From positions 3,224,001 to 3,288,000 of the forward strand of contig CM030338.1 of the NCBI GenBank assembly GCA_017654855.1: a stretch of 64,000 nucleotides of DNA. Reading direction: 5' to 3'. This document shows positions 11,971 to 25,005 of this stretch, one piece after another. A model generated the notes under the pieces. The model searched no databases. It was not told the origin of the DNA and saw nothing but the letters and a program-made list of their open reading frames with translations. Numbering within the stretch: the first letter of the stretch is position 1; each line of letters begins with the position of its first letter. The DNA comes from Podospora anserina (taxonomy: Eukaryota). Position numbers and translations under genes: made by a program.

Positions 11971-13319
11971 GCGTCCCTTGTAACTCCCTTCCTGTGTTTT
12001 TTTCTCTTTTTTTATTCTTTTTTTTTCTCTTTTTTCCTTCTTTCTTTTTCTCTTTCTTTCATTCTCTCCCTTTTTTCTTCAGTTAATAGATAAAGCTAAC
12101 TTTTGGGGGTTATTTATAGTTATCACGCTCACTGCCCAGCAAGGGCCTTTCTATTTCGGTCCGGAGCAGACCAAGAAGAGGAAGTGGTGGAGGAGGGATG
12201 ATGAAGAAAAATGTTGTGACCTTCCGGTAGGGGGGTCCTGGAAGTGGCTCGCGGCGTAGACACCGGAGGCGCACGAGGGTGAGGCTTCTCTGGAAGAGTC
12301 TCTGGCGGAGGAGGATGCGGAGTAACTCGAAAGAGCTGGTTTCACTATACGAAAAGTAGCTGGGAGGGTCACCGGGCATACTCTGCTGCCGTAGAAATGA
12401 AGGAAAATATAGACGGAATGAATAATACAATGTAAAAGAAACAATATAAACTAAGGTATAAAGTGAATGAAAAATAAGGAGGCCCTAAGAAGCGTCCCCA
12501 AGGCAAGGCCTTTTAAACTATGGCTAGTGAGGGTCCCAGACCTAGTGTGATCCTCCCAACTGTGGCTCGGAGGCTCACAACAAAGAAGGGGAATGATTCT
12601 TTTTTTCTTCTTTTTATTTGAGGGCGGGGTAGCTGGGGAAGGTGGTTTTGTAGTTGGATTTTTGTTTGGGTTTTTTTTTGGGTTTTTTTTGTTTTTTTTT
12701 TAAAAAAAAAGGGGGTGATGGGGGGTTGCTGGGGTGATTGGGGTGGTTTTTTTTTTTGGTTTTTTGTTTTTAGGACCTGGTTTCTTTTTGGTTGTTTTTT
12801 GAGAGGGGTTTTATAGGTAGTTGGAGGTTGGTTGGATTGGGCCTTGGGCCATGAATTAGGTTTTTGTTTAGTTTTGATTATGCTCTAATCTTTGAAGTCT
12901 GGTGATGCTTACCTGCGGGAAATCGATGGTGGTAAATGCCTTCCTAATTGAAAGAATATTTTACCCAAATTTTGCAAGCTTTGAAAGATAGTTTAAGGTC
13001 TTGGCAACATAGATGGAAGGGTTTTTAAAGATAACTGAGGGGTGTTTAGTGGAGGGGCAAGGGGGGAGAATACAGGGAGGGTATGTCTTTCTGTGACTGG
13101 CGGGGGGTGGTGTTTGGGGTTTGTTCTTGGTTGCTTTTCATGGAATCTTCTCTCGGGTTGTTTTTTTCATGTTACAGAAGGAAGGGGCTGCGTGGTTCGT
13201 GGGCATGCGGTTCTGGATTGATGTTTGTGCAATGGCGCCCCTAGCCCACGAATAATCGGTCCTGCAAGTCAGCAAATGTATAATACCCGTTAAATTATGC
13301 CTTTCAAGATGATAGATAA

Positions 13320-13495
13320 ACAGGCCCATCAACTATCTTTAAAAGTGTAATTATTATTTTTCAAGGGCGTTTAATTGTTTTTAAGGAGTTTTAACTATCT
13401 TTCAAGGGGTCTTGACTATCTTTTGGGGGATCTTGACTGTCTTTTACAATATTTTGACTATCTTTTAAGGTATGTTGGCTATCTTTCACAGTTAA
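13320..13495. repeat. Degenerate 21-bp tandem array (actatcttt core), AT-rich
   Basis: About 6-7 copies of (g/a)ctatcttt at ~21-bp spacing. The same motif occurs at 8600-8730 and, inverted, at 12980-13035. Confidence 0.65.
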
Positions 13496-13506
13496 TTCAG
13501 CTTACT

Positions 13507-15436
13507 TTACAGTAATAGTACTTCCATCAACAGATGAAAGTGCCAAAAACCCCCGAATTTGGGTTTCCAACACAATTCCCTATCCCGAAAGCGTGAGTGT
13601 AACTCGTTGATGAGCTGAAATCTGGACAATCCGCTTAGAATGTCCTTCTTGAGAAGAAGCCAGGGGACCACAGCCACATGGAGGCACGATAGTTGGTAGG
13701 GCCAATCCAGTCCTACACCGACCAAAGGCTTTCTCTCAACTTTAAGCTGGTGGCCGGTATGCGACGTTATAACCTGCCACTTTTGAATCAAATCCGGGCT
13801 CAGCACGAGGTCCTTTTCGGCTGGCCAAGTGCTAGACCACGTTACCATCGGTCCATCCCTCTCGTTGAAGGTGTAGCGAAAAATACAGGCATGTCCCTTT
13901 TCTTCGGTCCACTCCCCGCTATTCCCAATCTCCATTATCTCCAACTTTGGCATCCAGCTGACCGCTTGCATGGGTAGTTCAAGTGACCTGTTCATTGTGC
14001 TATTGAGTTTCTCGGGATGAAGTTCGGCTGTGGTCAGCGCGAGGCGACGGAGATTGGGCCACTGAGGGGACAGTTCTGGTCCATACCGAAGTTTAGGGGG
14101 CTTTTCAAAGAAAGCCTCCGCTTCTATATATCAAGGACCGGCCAGAACTTCAAGTTCGCGGCTTGCTTTGTCGAGGACGCGGCCCAGGGCTAATCTTGGT
14201 GGCCTTGTGAAACTTTCATGTCGTCGGCCAAAGTCTTTGAATATACTTAGCCGCCTAAGCATACTCGGGAAACCAGTCTTAACAAGCCTTTTGAGCTCTG
14301 AAAATAACACCGGATTAGTTTCGGCCTTTTCACATGTATAATTAATGTAAAAGAAGAAGAAGAAGAAGAAGAAGAAGAAGAAGATCCCCAAGATAAGCCC
14401 GAGAGTGGCCCTGCCCAATGTGAGAAGACAAAAGAAAAAAGGCTGGAATGATTTGATACAACACAACATACCTTTTTGATAATTGGAAGATAATGACGTT
14501 AACGAAAGCTTGAACTCACTCCGCATGTCCTCCAAACAGACAAAACTTTCTGTGATGACTTTACTGACGACATTCGGAGATAGTTTTCGGTGACACTGCC
14601 GCCGAAAAGCGAGGCCAGTCACGATCTCGACCCTTGGGAATGTCTTGCGTTTGCGACGGGTTCCATGACGGGGAGCAATCCTGTAATTGAGGTCTAACAA
14701 GTTTCCACACAGCCGTAGTGTCGCCCCATCAGGACAATCCGAGTATCTCAGCGCACCGTTACGAATGCAATGTGTCTCATCAGTGTTATGCTTGATGGAA
14801 AACTGGCTGTCGACAAAACCGAACCAGTCGCCAAATCGTTTCTTGAGCCGCTTCCCTGGGGGAAACGGATTGTAGGGATGACATTCCCGCAGAGAAAATA
14901 GGTGCTGAAACCAGTGTTGGGAATCACTTGGTGACTGTATACTAATCTCCAAACTCATGCCTTCGGTACCTGGTCGTGGTCGAGCGCATCTTTCCTCTCC
15001 CACCGCGTTAGGATATCCAGCAATAACAGCAGAGCTCTGGTTATGACGGCATTGTTGGTGGCTACGGTGATAGCACCCTCTGGCAAGGAGCACGAACTGC
15101 AATCATATGTTGGGTAACAGAATTCGAAGCCAAAGTCCACGAACATAGTTCAGCCTGTAGACATTTCGGCCAGCCATAATGCAATGGTGCATGCCGGCTC
15201 TTTTGAGGCTACGGCAAGGCCCAGGTTGTTTGTGATCGAAAGGGAGGGAGGGGGCTTGCTCTGCCGTATGCAGGTTCAAAAGCTTTCCTTTTCTCTCCGC
15301 CCTTGGGCTGCGATGTCTTGCAGATGGGAAAAACGCATAGCCAAGGGATGAAACGAAACAGACCACCTTGAAGGGAGGGCAACTGATCGGGACCAGCCAA
15401 TCGGCATCGACACGCAGAAAAGCTTTGAATCCTCAT
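13507..15436 (-). pseudogene. DUF6546-like protein, frameshifted
   Basis: Motifs LWLRILLP/TYDCSSC, MSLEISIQSPSDSQHWF, VTGLAFRRQCHR and MPKLEIMEIGN...ACIFRY lie in different frames. There are at least two frameshifts near 15110 and 14970. Confidence 0.7.
14351..14382. repeat. (AAG)n microsatellite within a probable intron of the DUF6546-like pseudogene
   Basis: Direct sequence; gives the poly-F artefact in the ORF track. Confidence 0.9.
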
Positions 15437-16169
15437 GTCTTATGAAGAGTCTATGGTGGATTGGTCCATGATGGAATCACCAGCAAAGAAAGTCGTCACA
15501 ATAGTAGTGTGAATATTCCCCAATCTATTTGTTAAGTCCCTATGCCTACCCTGAAGTAGGCTATGTACACGAAGAAGTTAGGTATTAAAAATGTGTGTGT
15601 TGCCACCCAATCACTCCCACCACTCCTGATCCGGCCGACCAATCATCCCCCTCCCCCTCCCCCCCTTTCCAAGCTATCACGCCCCCAAACCTTTTCCTTT
15701 TTGTAAAAAAGAAGATCCGGGTCTAGGGGTATCAGCTTCGCCTTGGCCCTGCGTTTGCGTCTGTTTGCACCACACCGCATCGAATGGTAGATAAGTCAAA
15801 AAAGCCAAAAGAACTCCGATAAGCCGACCCCTTTTCCGCGCAGTGAAGTGCAGTGTGTCGTATGTCCGATCCGATCCGATCCCATGTGTACCTCCTAGGC
15901 AGAATGTGCTCCGTATATGTGTGCGTGGTGCGCCCTGTATGCGCCTATGTGGTGTGGTGTGTCCAGTGTATCCGGTATGTTCTCTTCGCTGTTCGCGCAA
16001 GTGGTATCTCAAAAATGGAAGAAATCAACAGCCCCGGTGAGCTGAGTCGAGCAAAAAGGTGCTTCGCTTGGAAACCATTGTGAAGTGAAGAAAAGAACCG
16101 AACAGCTCCTCAATCAAAGGATCGATAAGAATGTCAAGCCGAAAACAGAAAATCCCAGTTGCCGAAAGC

Positions 16170-17240
16170 TCAGAGCATGGCAAGAGCACCAAAGAGACCA
16201 GCAATGAAGGCCGCGGCAGGGGCCTTCTTGTTGGCGTTGGCACCGGCAGTCTGAATGGGGGCGGTGCCGTTGTTGGGAGTGGTGGTAGGGATGGGGGCAG
16301 CGGTGACCGAGGTGGGGATGATGATGGTGGTAGGAGGCAGGGGCTCCGAGGTGTAGATGATGTTGCTGGCCGAGACGACAACGGTGGAGTAACCGGTGAC
16401 AGTCTTGCGGTCAGTGACGGGAACAGTCGCAATGTAATCGACCTGCTCCGTGATGGTGACCGGGATGATCTCAGTCACGTAGTGAACATCGGTGACAGCC
16501 TTGGTGATACTGTGCAATATGTTAGAGTCGGGCATAAACAAAAGAACGGAGTGGGCAGCTTACGTGTTGGTCTTGGTGACCTTGACAGTCTCACCCTCGA
16601 TGACAGTGGTGTAGGTGGTCTCGGGGCAGGTGACAGTCTCGTAGACATCAGTAGTCTCATACTCGGTGACCAGGGACGTGGTGTAGACAGTCTCGGTCTG
16701 GGCAACCTTGGTGACAATGGTCGAAGTCGAGGTCCAGGTGATCTCGATGGTGGAGCCATCGACAACAGTGGTCTCGGTGACAGGGCAGAGCTCAGTGAGG
16801 GTGGTAACAACGACAGCAGCGTTGGTCTTGGTCACTGGAGGAGCAGTCTGGGTAACAACAACCTCGGTGGGAGCAACCTTGATGATGGTGGAAGTGGAGG
16901 TCCAGGTCACCTCGACAGTAGAGCCATCGACGACAGTGGTCTCAGTGACAGGGCAGAGGGAAGTGAGGGTGGTGTAGACGACCTCATCGGCAGTCTTGGT
17001 CACGGCAGGGCCAGTCTCGGTAACCACAATTGTTGTGGGCTTGACGGTCTTGACGGTGCTGGTGGTGGTGTAGGTGGTGGTGTATGTGTGACCAGGCTTG
17101 GTGTAGGTCTCGGTGACGGGGCAGACGGTAGTGTAGGTTACGACAACCTCGGTGACCACGGTCTCCCACTTCTTACCGCGGGGGATGTTGGCGCCAAGGG
17201 TGGTGGCCGCGAGGGCGAGGAGGGAAAGAGCTGCTCTCAT
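16170..17240 (-). CDS. Secreted Thr/Val-rich repetitive cell-wall protein, predicted GPI-anchored; intron 16510-16563
   Basis: Signal peptide MRAALSLLALAATTLG, repeated CPVTETTVVDGST units and a hydrophobic C-terminal GPI signal (TAGAN...AAAFIAGLFGALAML). GTAAGC...CTAAC...CAG intron. Confidence 0.85.
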
Positions 17241-20200
17241 GTTGACTGAGTGAGTGGGGATATCAACAGCGACTGACTGGCTTGTAGCGAAGGTCGTAGA
17301 AGACGGAAGCAACGAGGGTCTTATAAGTAACCTTAGCGAACGAGTTACTTGATGGCAGGGAGAAAGAACCTAAGAAATAGCCGGTTGGTATCACGAGTGA
17401 CTGCGAGGAGGCTGGTGATGGAGGTAGAGAAGGAAGCACGAGGGAAACCGGGAGGCAGGATGTTTATACACAACGAGGGCAACACCCCGGTTGAGGTGGT
17501 AGCATGGGAGCGAGGGACGGCGGAGATGCCATGACATCCTGCTGCTGTCCAACAAAGACGCTTGAGACAAGCCCACTGGACTGCGTGGTGCCGGCCATGG
17601 AGGATGGAGAGTGGAGACTTGGAAGGTCGCAAAACTGGACAAATGGATGGAGCCTCTCCTCCCGGGAACTGTGAGGTTGGGCAGATGCCCGCACTTCCGC
17701 CCTAGTTGGAATACTGAAGTCGAAGTACCTGAGCGAGCACCACCCACCACAGCTCTGGTTGGCCAGTAAGGCCACTTACTGGGTCATGCAGGAAGAGACC
17801 GCTCAGTCCAGGAGGAGGCTAGCAGCAAGATTCTTGACACATTGTACCCAAGTACATAGCAGAGTCGCATGTATGTCGGTGCTTGCGCTGCATGTGCAGT
17901 GCTTGTGTCTGTGCCAACCACCCCCCCCTCCTCTGCGCACCACCTAGGAAGAGCATACAAGTAAGTAATCGCGAGAAAAAAAAAAACCGATTTCGGCTGA
18001 CTCGAGCAACCAACGGATAGAGGCGGCCGCAATGGGTGCCCGTAGAGCCCTCAGGCAAGCATAGGGAGAAAAGAAGAAAGCTGCACTTGTGCTTGTTTCA
18101 GAAGACAGAGCTGCAGCGGCACGGCAGCTTACAGCCATTGGGATTCCCACAGCTTTGCCATCTGTGCTTATTCATAATGTTATCGTCCTTTTAGGGTCTG
18201 GGTCACCAACGAGGCCCAACTCTTTGCGTGAGAAACAGAAGCGAGGGTGCTGTGCTCTGCTGTGCTCGGCTTAGCGTGGTAGCGGGTGGTGTAAGTCTGG
18301 AAGTGGCCGTCAAGGCGGTTGACGTTGGGGGGGGGTAACGGGACTCCACCAAGTGATGGCAGGGGTTGCGGCTGACCCCTGACCGTCTGTTGTCTGTGGA
18401 TTTCTTGGGACGATCTCGACCCCTGCCAATGACATCGTTTCCCCTCGGGGCGATGACGGTAGCTCGCCAAGCCCCTGCGTCGAGACTTGGCGCTCTTCTT
18501 GGTCTTCTTGGCCCTGCCTTGACGTGTTTCCGGCCATGACCAGACCTCGCTGTCGACCGGGCCGACAGTTGACCGATTCGGGCGAAGCTTGCGTCTAATC
18601 TGGGAAACAACACATTCTGTCTTGGAGCTATTGACGCTGTTTATGTGCCCTTCAGCTTTTGTTGTCAGAAATCGTGTCTAGGGTGGCTGTCTGCAGCACA
18701 AGCTCTTGCATGCCCAGTCTGTAGTGTAGGGCCCTGCATCTCGTCCATGCTGGAAGGGCGGTGATGGACGGGAAAAGCTGGCGATGGGCAGCCGGTTCTG
18801 ATGGCACAGAGTGCGGGGCATTCGACCGCGCACCGAGCGGATCAGGGCAGAGGGAGGAACGGACCTGTTGCCCTCGTTGACTGTTAACCGTCCTGTGGTG
18901 CAGGTACAGTACTTGTCGTGGCCGACCGCTCGCTGGCTGATTTGTTGCCCGGCCGAATGCTTGTAGATCAGGCGTGTGCTTGTCTGTCATGAACCTGCTT
19001 CTCCAGAGGATGCATGCCGCCACGGCCGCTTCTCTGTTCGTGTTGAGAGAGGCTAGTGCGGGCAGCTCCTCGATCTGCAGGTTCGACAAGTTGACGTGGG
19101 AACGGCTCGCTCTCCCACACGTAATTCACGGCTCGTGCGATATTAATGCGACCAAACCTCCTCCCCTCACTATCGACCCTTTTCGTGCCGAGGGGTCAGA
19201 GGTGTTCATGGCGTCATACCCGGGAAACCAACCAGCTGGACCACGGACGCTGGCTCGGTTTACCGGCACTGGGGCGACAACGGCACGCCATTGGACTGTG
19301 GGGTCAACCCCAGTAAACAGATCCCGATCGCACATGGGTGGGGCTGGACCTAGATGGACTAAGACCTAAGAGCTGTCACAGAGCACATCCCGCCTTTGTG
19401 CAAGTCAGATCCGAGTTGCTTGTGTCCAGGTTGTATGCCCTCGGGAGGGCTCACTTGTGCCATGTTTGCTGCTGCTTTGTCAGATGGTAGTTGCGAGATG
19501 TCCGAATGCTGCATATCAGAACAACAAAATCAAGGACAAGACTCGTCGACTCGAAGTTTCCACTGCATCGTGTCTCCAACTTGCTAGCAATTGGCTGGGC
19601 TTCCTGGGTGCATATGCAAGGTGAGTCCCCATGTCGTATCTCGAGCCCCCAAGCGAAGAGGCGTGTTCGTCGGACCAATTCCGTGGTCAGAACGAGAGAC
19701 AGATATTGCGGGTGGTGGTTGACGAAGTCAGTCCACCTCTGCTTATCTCAAGGTCGGCCATTGTCAACAGGTGCCAGCGAAGATGATACGATCCTTGGCG
19801 GCCAAATAGCGACGACCGGCCTGGCACAGTAGAGTCGGCCACGGGAAGAAGGGAGATAGACGGGGACCACCCTACCTTTCAACTGTTTCCCTTGCCCCTC
19901 GAGGGTGACGGTTCCGGCGACCTGGTGATAAAAGTTTCACGAAGATGCTGGAGTCACACCACAGCATGGTTAGGTTGAAATATGTGCTGGCTGCTTCACG
20001 TGCCGTTCTATGGTGAGGTGCAAAGTAGCTCGAAATAGGTAACCCGTTGAAACATCACACATGTGTAAGTTGAGAGTCGGGTGTTTAGGTAACTGGAGAA
20101 AGCTGCAAGTTCCAGAAGGCTGCCAGAAAGATGGAGTACGAAAAAGGGATCCACACCCCCACCAGCCTCTCTTGACGATAATCTAATCTCAGCCACTTCC

Positions 20201-22246
20201 CCAGCCACCAAGCCACACCACTACCACCATCGCTTCCCCACAGCCTGTGGTCCAAGCTTTCCGTTAATGCAACGCCAGAACAACTTTTGTGAGACCCAAC
20301 ATCAACCTGTGCCCGACCACTTCATCCGACCTCTCTCTTTTTTTTTTCTCTCTGACAGCATCGAGTTATTTTTTGCACCTCCTCCAGCAGGGTCCCCAAC
20401 ATGGCCGTGACAAGAAACCTCTCAGGATTTTAGACGGTGATCCTGAGGCACATGTTCGATTCATGATGCAAGATTTCCAACGGCTGTCCAGGCCCACACA
20501 CACTTGCAGCAAAAACCGGTATTTCTTTGAAAGATCAACAGTGATATCTCACATGAGGAGCCTCAATTCTTCCCGTTCGAGCCGACCTCGTATTTGTCCA
20601 GTTTTTGACAGCAGCTCTATGCAGTCATCCACCCATATTCGATGGCTTGCATATCGGAGAATGTACATTCTGGTCCAATCATTGGTTATTGCAGGTCGGT
20701 TCACGTTCCATTTCTCATATGGCCTATGATGCATTCTCACCCAGCCTCAACAACTCGCTATAATGCTCGGGATCTAGCCACACTCTGATGCCATCAACAT
20801 CTGAAAGATTGTCAAATCAGAGTTCCTGGCGTCGTCCGGTAACAGGATAAGCTTCCAAGAATTCTGAGCTATTATCACCTCTTCGGATTGAAATGATATA
20901 TCTCCCTGAAATTCTTCAAAAGTCAGACAAAAAAAAGGCAAAGACAGATTAGAATTCCCTCGCCAATATGCCGCAAGGCCTACTGTACCATGGGAACCAC
21001 ACCTGGAAAATGTGCGTCCCATTAGCAACTCTGCTTCACCTCCATGCAGAACTGCCTGCTTGAATGGAACTTATAGCTTATACTTGAGGATGATACTGTT
21101 CAAAGGTTACGAGCCCATCCCTAAGCTGCACCCGACCCTGCAAGAGGACTCGTTCATGACCTTGCGAGCCCCGTTCGTACACTTGACACCTTGTTAATTG
21201 TTTAGAAGTGCCAAGCAATACATTTGCGGAGTGCTCATGTATCTGCTGTAATGTACAATTCCGTGGGGCCTCAACCTATAGCACCACAGGCGTTCTCACT
21301 TAACCCTTCAACTATATTAACTGTCAACCCGGTGCTCCGTCCACTTCCAAATCCATTCCTAAACCCACAACGCACAAAGCCCAACAAGCACGTCACAAAC
21401 CAGCAGCATTAGAGACAAAGTGTAGCCATAAACAAATGGTTATAATATTGGGGTCAAGCCCCCTGCCCACCGGGCGAATCACCCAACCTATAAAAACAAT
21501 ACAAAAAACAAACCCACCACCCCCTAAGAAAAAAACAAAATAAAACCTACCCCCAATAAAGCCAGCAAAAAAAACAAAAAAAAAAGAAAAAAAAAACAAA
21601 AAAACACCCAAAACAAAACAATCCCACCGACAGCAACCCCCTTCCCCTTTTCCTACCCCTATTCCAACAACATAAACAAAACAAACAAAATCACAACAAA
21701 AAAAAAGTATTAGTCCTCCGGGTCCTCAGAAATGTAAGTGTTCTTGATCCTATCCTTGGGGTAGTCGGCCGGGTCATGCATTCAAAGCAGAGGCAGCCGC
21801 GCTGGAGGTGTTGGTGGTGCTGGCGGTGGGGGTGCTTAGGACAGGGCAACCTCTCAAACTCGGGCTCCTCGTCTATTTATATTGGACCAAGTTAGACGAG
21901 TACAGACGACAAAGACACACATCAACTAAATGGCTTGGCGCCGCGAGCGGCAGGTTCCCTGGGCGGGCGCTCCTTTGGGAGGCATTTTTTTGATTGGAAA
22001 AAACAGGGGCGCGAGTGAGCAAAGAACCAAAAACCGGGAGTGCGTGCAAGCGAGGAACAATAAAGGAAGGGGGGGCTTGTGAACGATGATGGTGGTGGCT
22101 TGGGAACGGTGGTGGGTGGTACGCGAGGAAGCGAAGTTGAAAATACAACGAGAAAAGGGGCAAGTCTGGCGGGTGCACGGGTGATGGTTTGCTGACGCAA
22201 GGATAGAAGGTTTGCGAGCGCGGGAGGTGGTGAGTAGCACTCTCGA

Positions 22247-23997
22247 TCACTGCAAAGAAGCCCACGTTCGTTGTACTGTTTCCGCATAGATCTGAAATGC
22301 TGAGAGTAAATGGATTATATCCGACCCCAACTCAAGCTCAGTTATAATGGCCGTATTGTTGCGCCAGGCATGACATCCTTCATCAAGTGGAAGGTCATCC
22401 TCGCCTATGAAGGGCGTCTTTCTCCTTGAAGCTGTAGCGAAAGACGCAGGCCTGCGACGTCTCAACCGTCCAGCCCGAGCAGTTCCATATTCCATCATCT
22501 CCAGTTTTGGCATTCTGATGGCAGCGTGGGCGGCCCAAAGGAGCAGCTGATTCTTTCTGATGTGTGAGCTTTCGGGGTGAAGGACCCTTGTTGTCAAAGC
22601 AAGACGCTTGAGGTTCGACCACTGAGGCTCCCACCCCACAAACCCATCTTCTATGCGAAATTCATAACGGTGGTGGTGAAAAAGATCAACGTCGATTGGC
22701 GCAAAGAAATCCTCGGCGTCCGAATCCCACGAACTCGCCAAAGCTTCGAGGTCGTAACTCCCGACATCCAACGCAGCTCCGAAAATGTTAACTGCGTCTG
22801 GAGGCTTATGGAAGCAATCCCACCCGTTAATCAAGAGGTTATAATCCACATAAAAAGAAAGCTTGATGACGCGGGTTTGTTGGGGCCTTCTGAAGACTTG
22901 AAAAAGGACGAGGTCGCACAGCTCTCTGAAGTGCCTTTTGAATTGCGTTAGTTGACATAACTTTTAAAGCTGTGGGAGGGACCAAAGTAGGTAGAGGTAA
23001 CATACCGTAAATTCTGCTCGTGTCATCATAAACTCCGTCCACCAGATTGAGACACCAAAACTCGAGCCTGAGGCGCTGCATACAAACAAAGCTCTCCCCA
23101 AGCAGCCTATAACGAACATATGGGTTCACTGCTCGATGAAACCGCCGGCGGAAGGTAAGTCCTGTGACAATCTCACACCGAGGGAGTCTTGATCGCCTTG
23201 CGTCGGCCACCGCGCAACGGGCTGTTCCTAAAGTTCAAATACAACGGCTCTGTACCCAAAAGTCGCGATCTAGCCTCAGCAGAGACGTGTCTGAGCATCA
23301 GAGCTCCATGCTGATGATGATGAAAGTTGTCGTTGAGGTGTCTGATCTCGAAGTCTTCGTAGTATTTCATGAAAAAGTACTTAAACCGCCTCCGGAAAGC
23401 CCATTGACCAGGTTGCGGCTTGTAGGGGTACGTATCCTTCAAGTAAAACATATGCTTCCCAGACACGCTGCGCGTCACTTACCGAGTGTGCGCTGAGCTC
23501 CAAGGTCATGCCTTTGTTGGGTCCTGGTGTTCCACGAGTGCGTCTTTTCTCTTCCACCGAGACAGAATATCCAGTAATTGAATGAGAGCCCAAGTGAATG
23601 TCGCGTTGTTGTTTTCCTGGGTAGTTGAGTCTTCGTCCTTCTGGCAGACATCGCATCCCTAAGTTGGCAGGAGCACACGCAACCAGAGGTAGCGAGTGCA
23701 GCCCAATCTATGAATGCGTCGGCCAGATACAAGCCGGCCAAAGTCGGGGAGGTCGTGCTGTGAGAGCGCCAGGTGGCGGAAGTTGATGGCTTCAAAGAAG
23801 TGTTGAAACTCTCTGTTAACAGCAGCGTATTTAGAACGATCCTTTGCAGGCTTGATGATTTGCCAGCCGGGTTATTGGATGGATCCCACTGCTATCGGTT
23901 TCGATGGGGTGATTTAGTGAAGCGATTCCAGCACAAGTTGACGTATTTCTGCTGGTAACCGGGCCCAGTAGGGCCATACGCATATGGAGGAGGACAT
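22247..23997 (-). pseudogene. DUF6546-like protein, second copy, with stops and frameshifts
   Basis: WARLPAEIRQLVLE (F-box-like), MTLELSAHSVSD, IVTGLTFRRRFHR and WSNLKRLALTTRVLHP...AAIRMPKLEMME are spread over several frames; clearly paralogous to 13507-15436. Confidence 0.72.
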
Positions 23998-25005
23998 GGT
24001 ATATTCGCAAGCCTTTATCTTTTGGCAGGTCAAGGTGTGTTTCGGGCTGCAGAGTCGGATGTTAAACGTAAAAGGGAATTTATGGTAAATCGGAGGCGGT
24101 GTACGCAGTCCTGACAAAATACAGTTTGGCTGACCAGAGCGGTTGGCTACGAATTTTGTGTTGGCTATGCCGACCATGTGGCTTGCTCTGCCATAACTTG
24201 TATTCTCGCGTTCGAGCGTCAAGACTGCCTACGAAGATGTTTGCGTTCTACTAGCCACAACCGCCGCCCTCTTTGCCTCATGACATCTCGAGCAGCACCA
24301 ACAACAAGCCCTGGTACCCTCGCCTACTGCTACTACTCAAGCCTCAAGCCTATATTGCATGTTGATATTGGCTGCCCCCGGAGCATAATGGTTTTGTACG
24401 GTGCTGAATGCTCTCTTTAATGAGTGTAGACGTTGTTAAACCGGGCTCCAAAGCCGAAAGGCATCCAAGGGAGGCTTTCCACGGCTTGGACGGTGCTAAT
24501 ATCTCAAAAGGCCTCACTACAATGAGAGTAGACACTATTGAACCCATATGGTGTGTAAGGGTGCTGGTGTTGATGAGGTTGTTTTAGATGAAAGATCATG
24601 GTGGTGAAACACATCCCAATAAACCATCGAACAGTAGTAGAATGCTTTCTCTCTATTCCCATCTCCCATTAATCCAAACGAAAATGCAAAAATGCGACGA
24701 TGCCCATGCCTACCCACCGTCAACACATAAGACAGGCCTTGCGAAAATGTAACACTACAAGTACACGAATAAACTTTCAATATTCCGACGAGCTGCCGCC
24801 TTTTCGAGCACGTCCGTTATATCTGTTCTAAAGAACATCGTCTGTTGCTGTTGTTGGTGTTGTTATTGTGGTTGTTGTTGTTGTTGTTGTCCTTTTACCC
24901 CACCTCCCCCTTTCACCACCATCCTTCTTCCCTACTTCATGTCCACATTATATACCACCTTCCCTTCCTCATTACTCTCCCCCCCCCCTACCCAAAAGAG
25001 ATAAT

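Noticed and set aside
11246-12086. 245-aa and 205-aa Pro/Ser-rich ORFs as intact genes
   Set aside because: Low-complexity, non-ATG starts, and inside the degenerate palindrome arm; treated as relic sequence.
16131-17249. 372-aa Gly/Asp-rich plus-strand ORF
   Set aside because: Antisense shadow of the Thr/Val-rich GPI protein gene.
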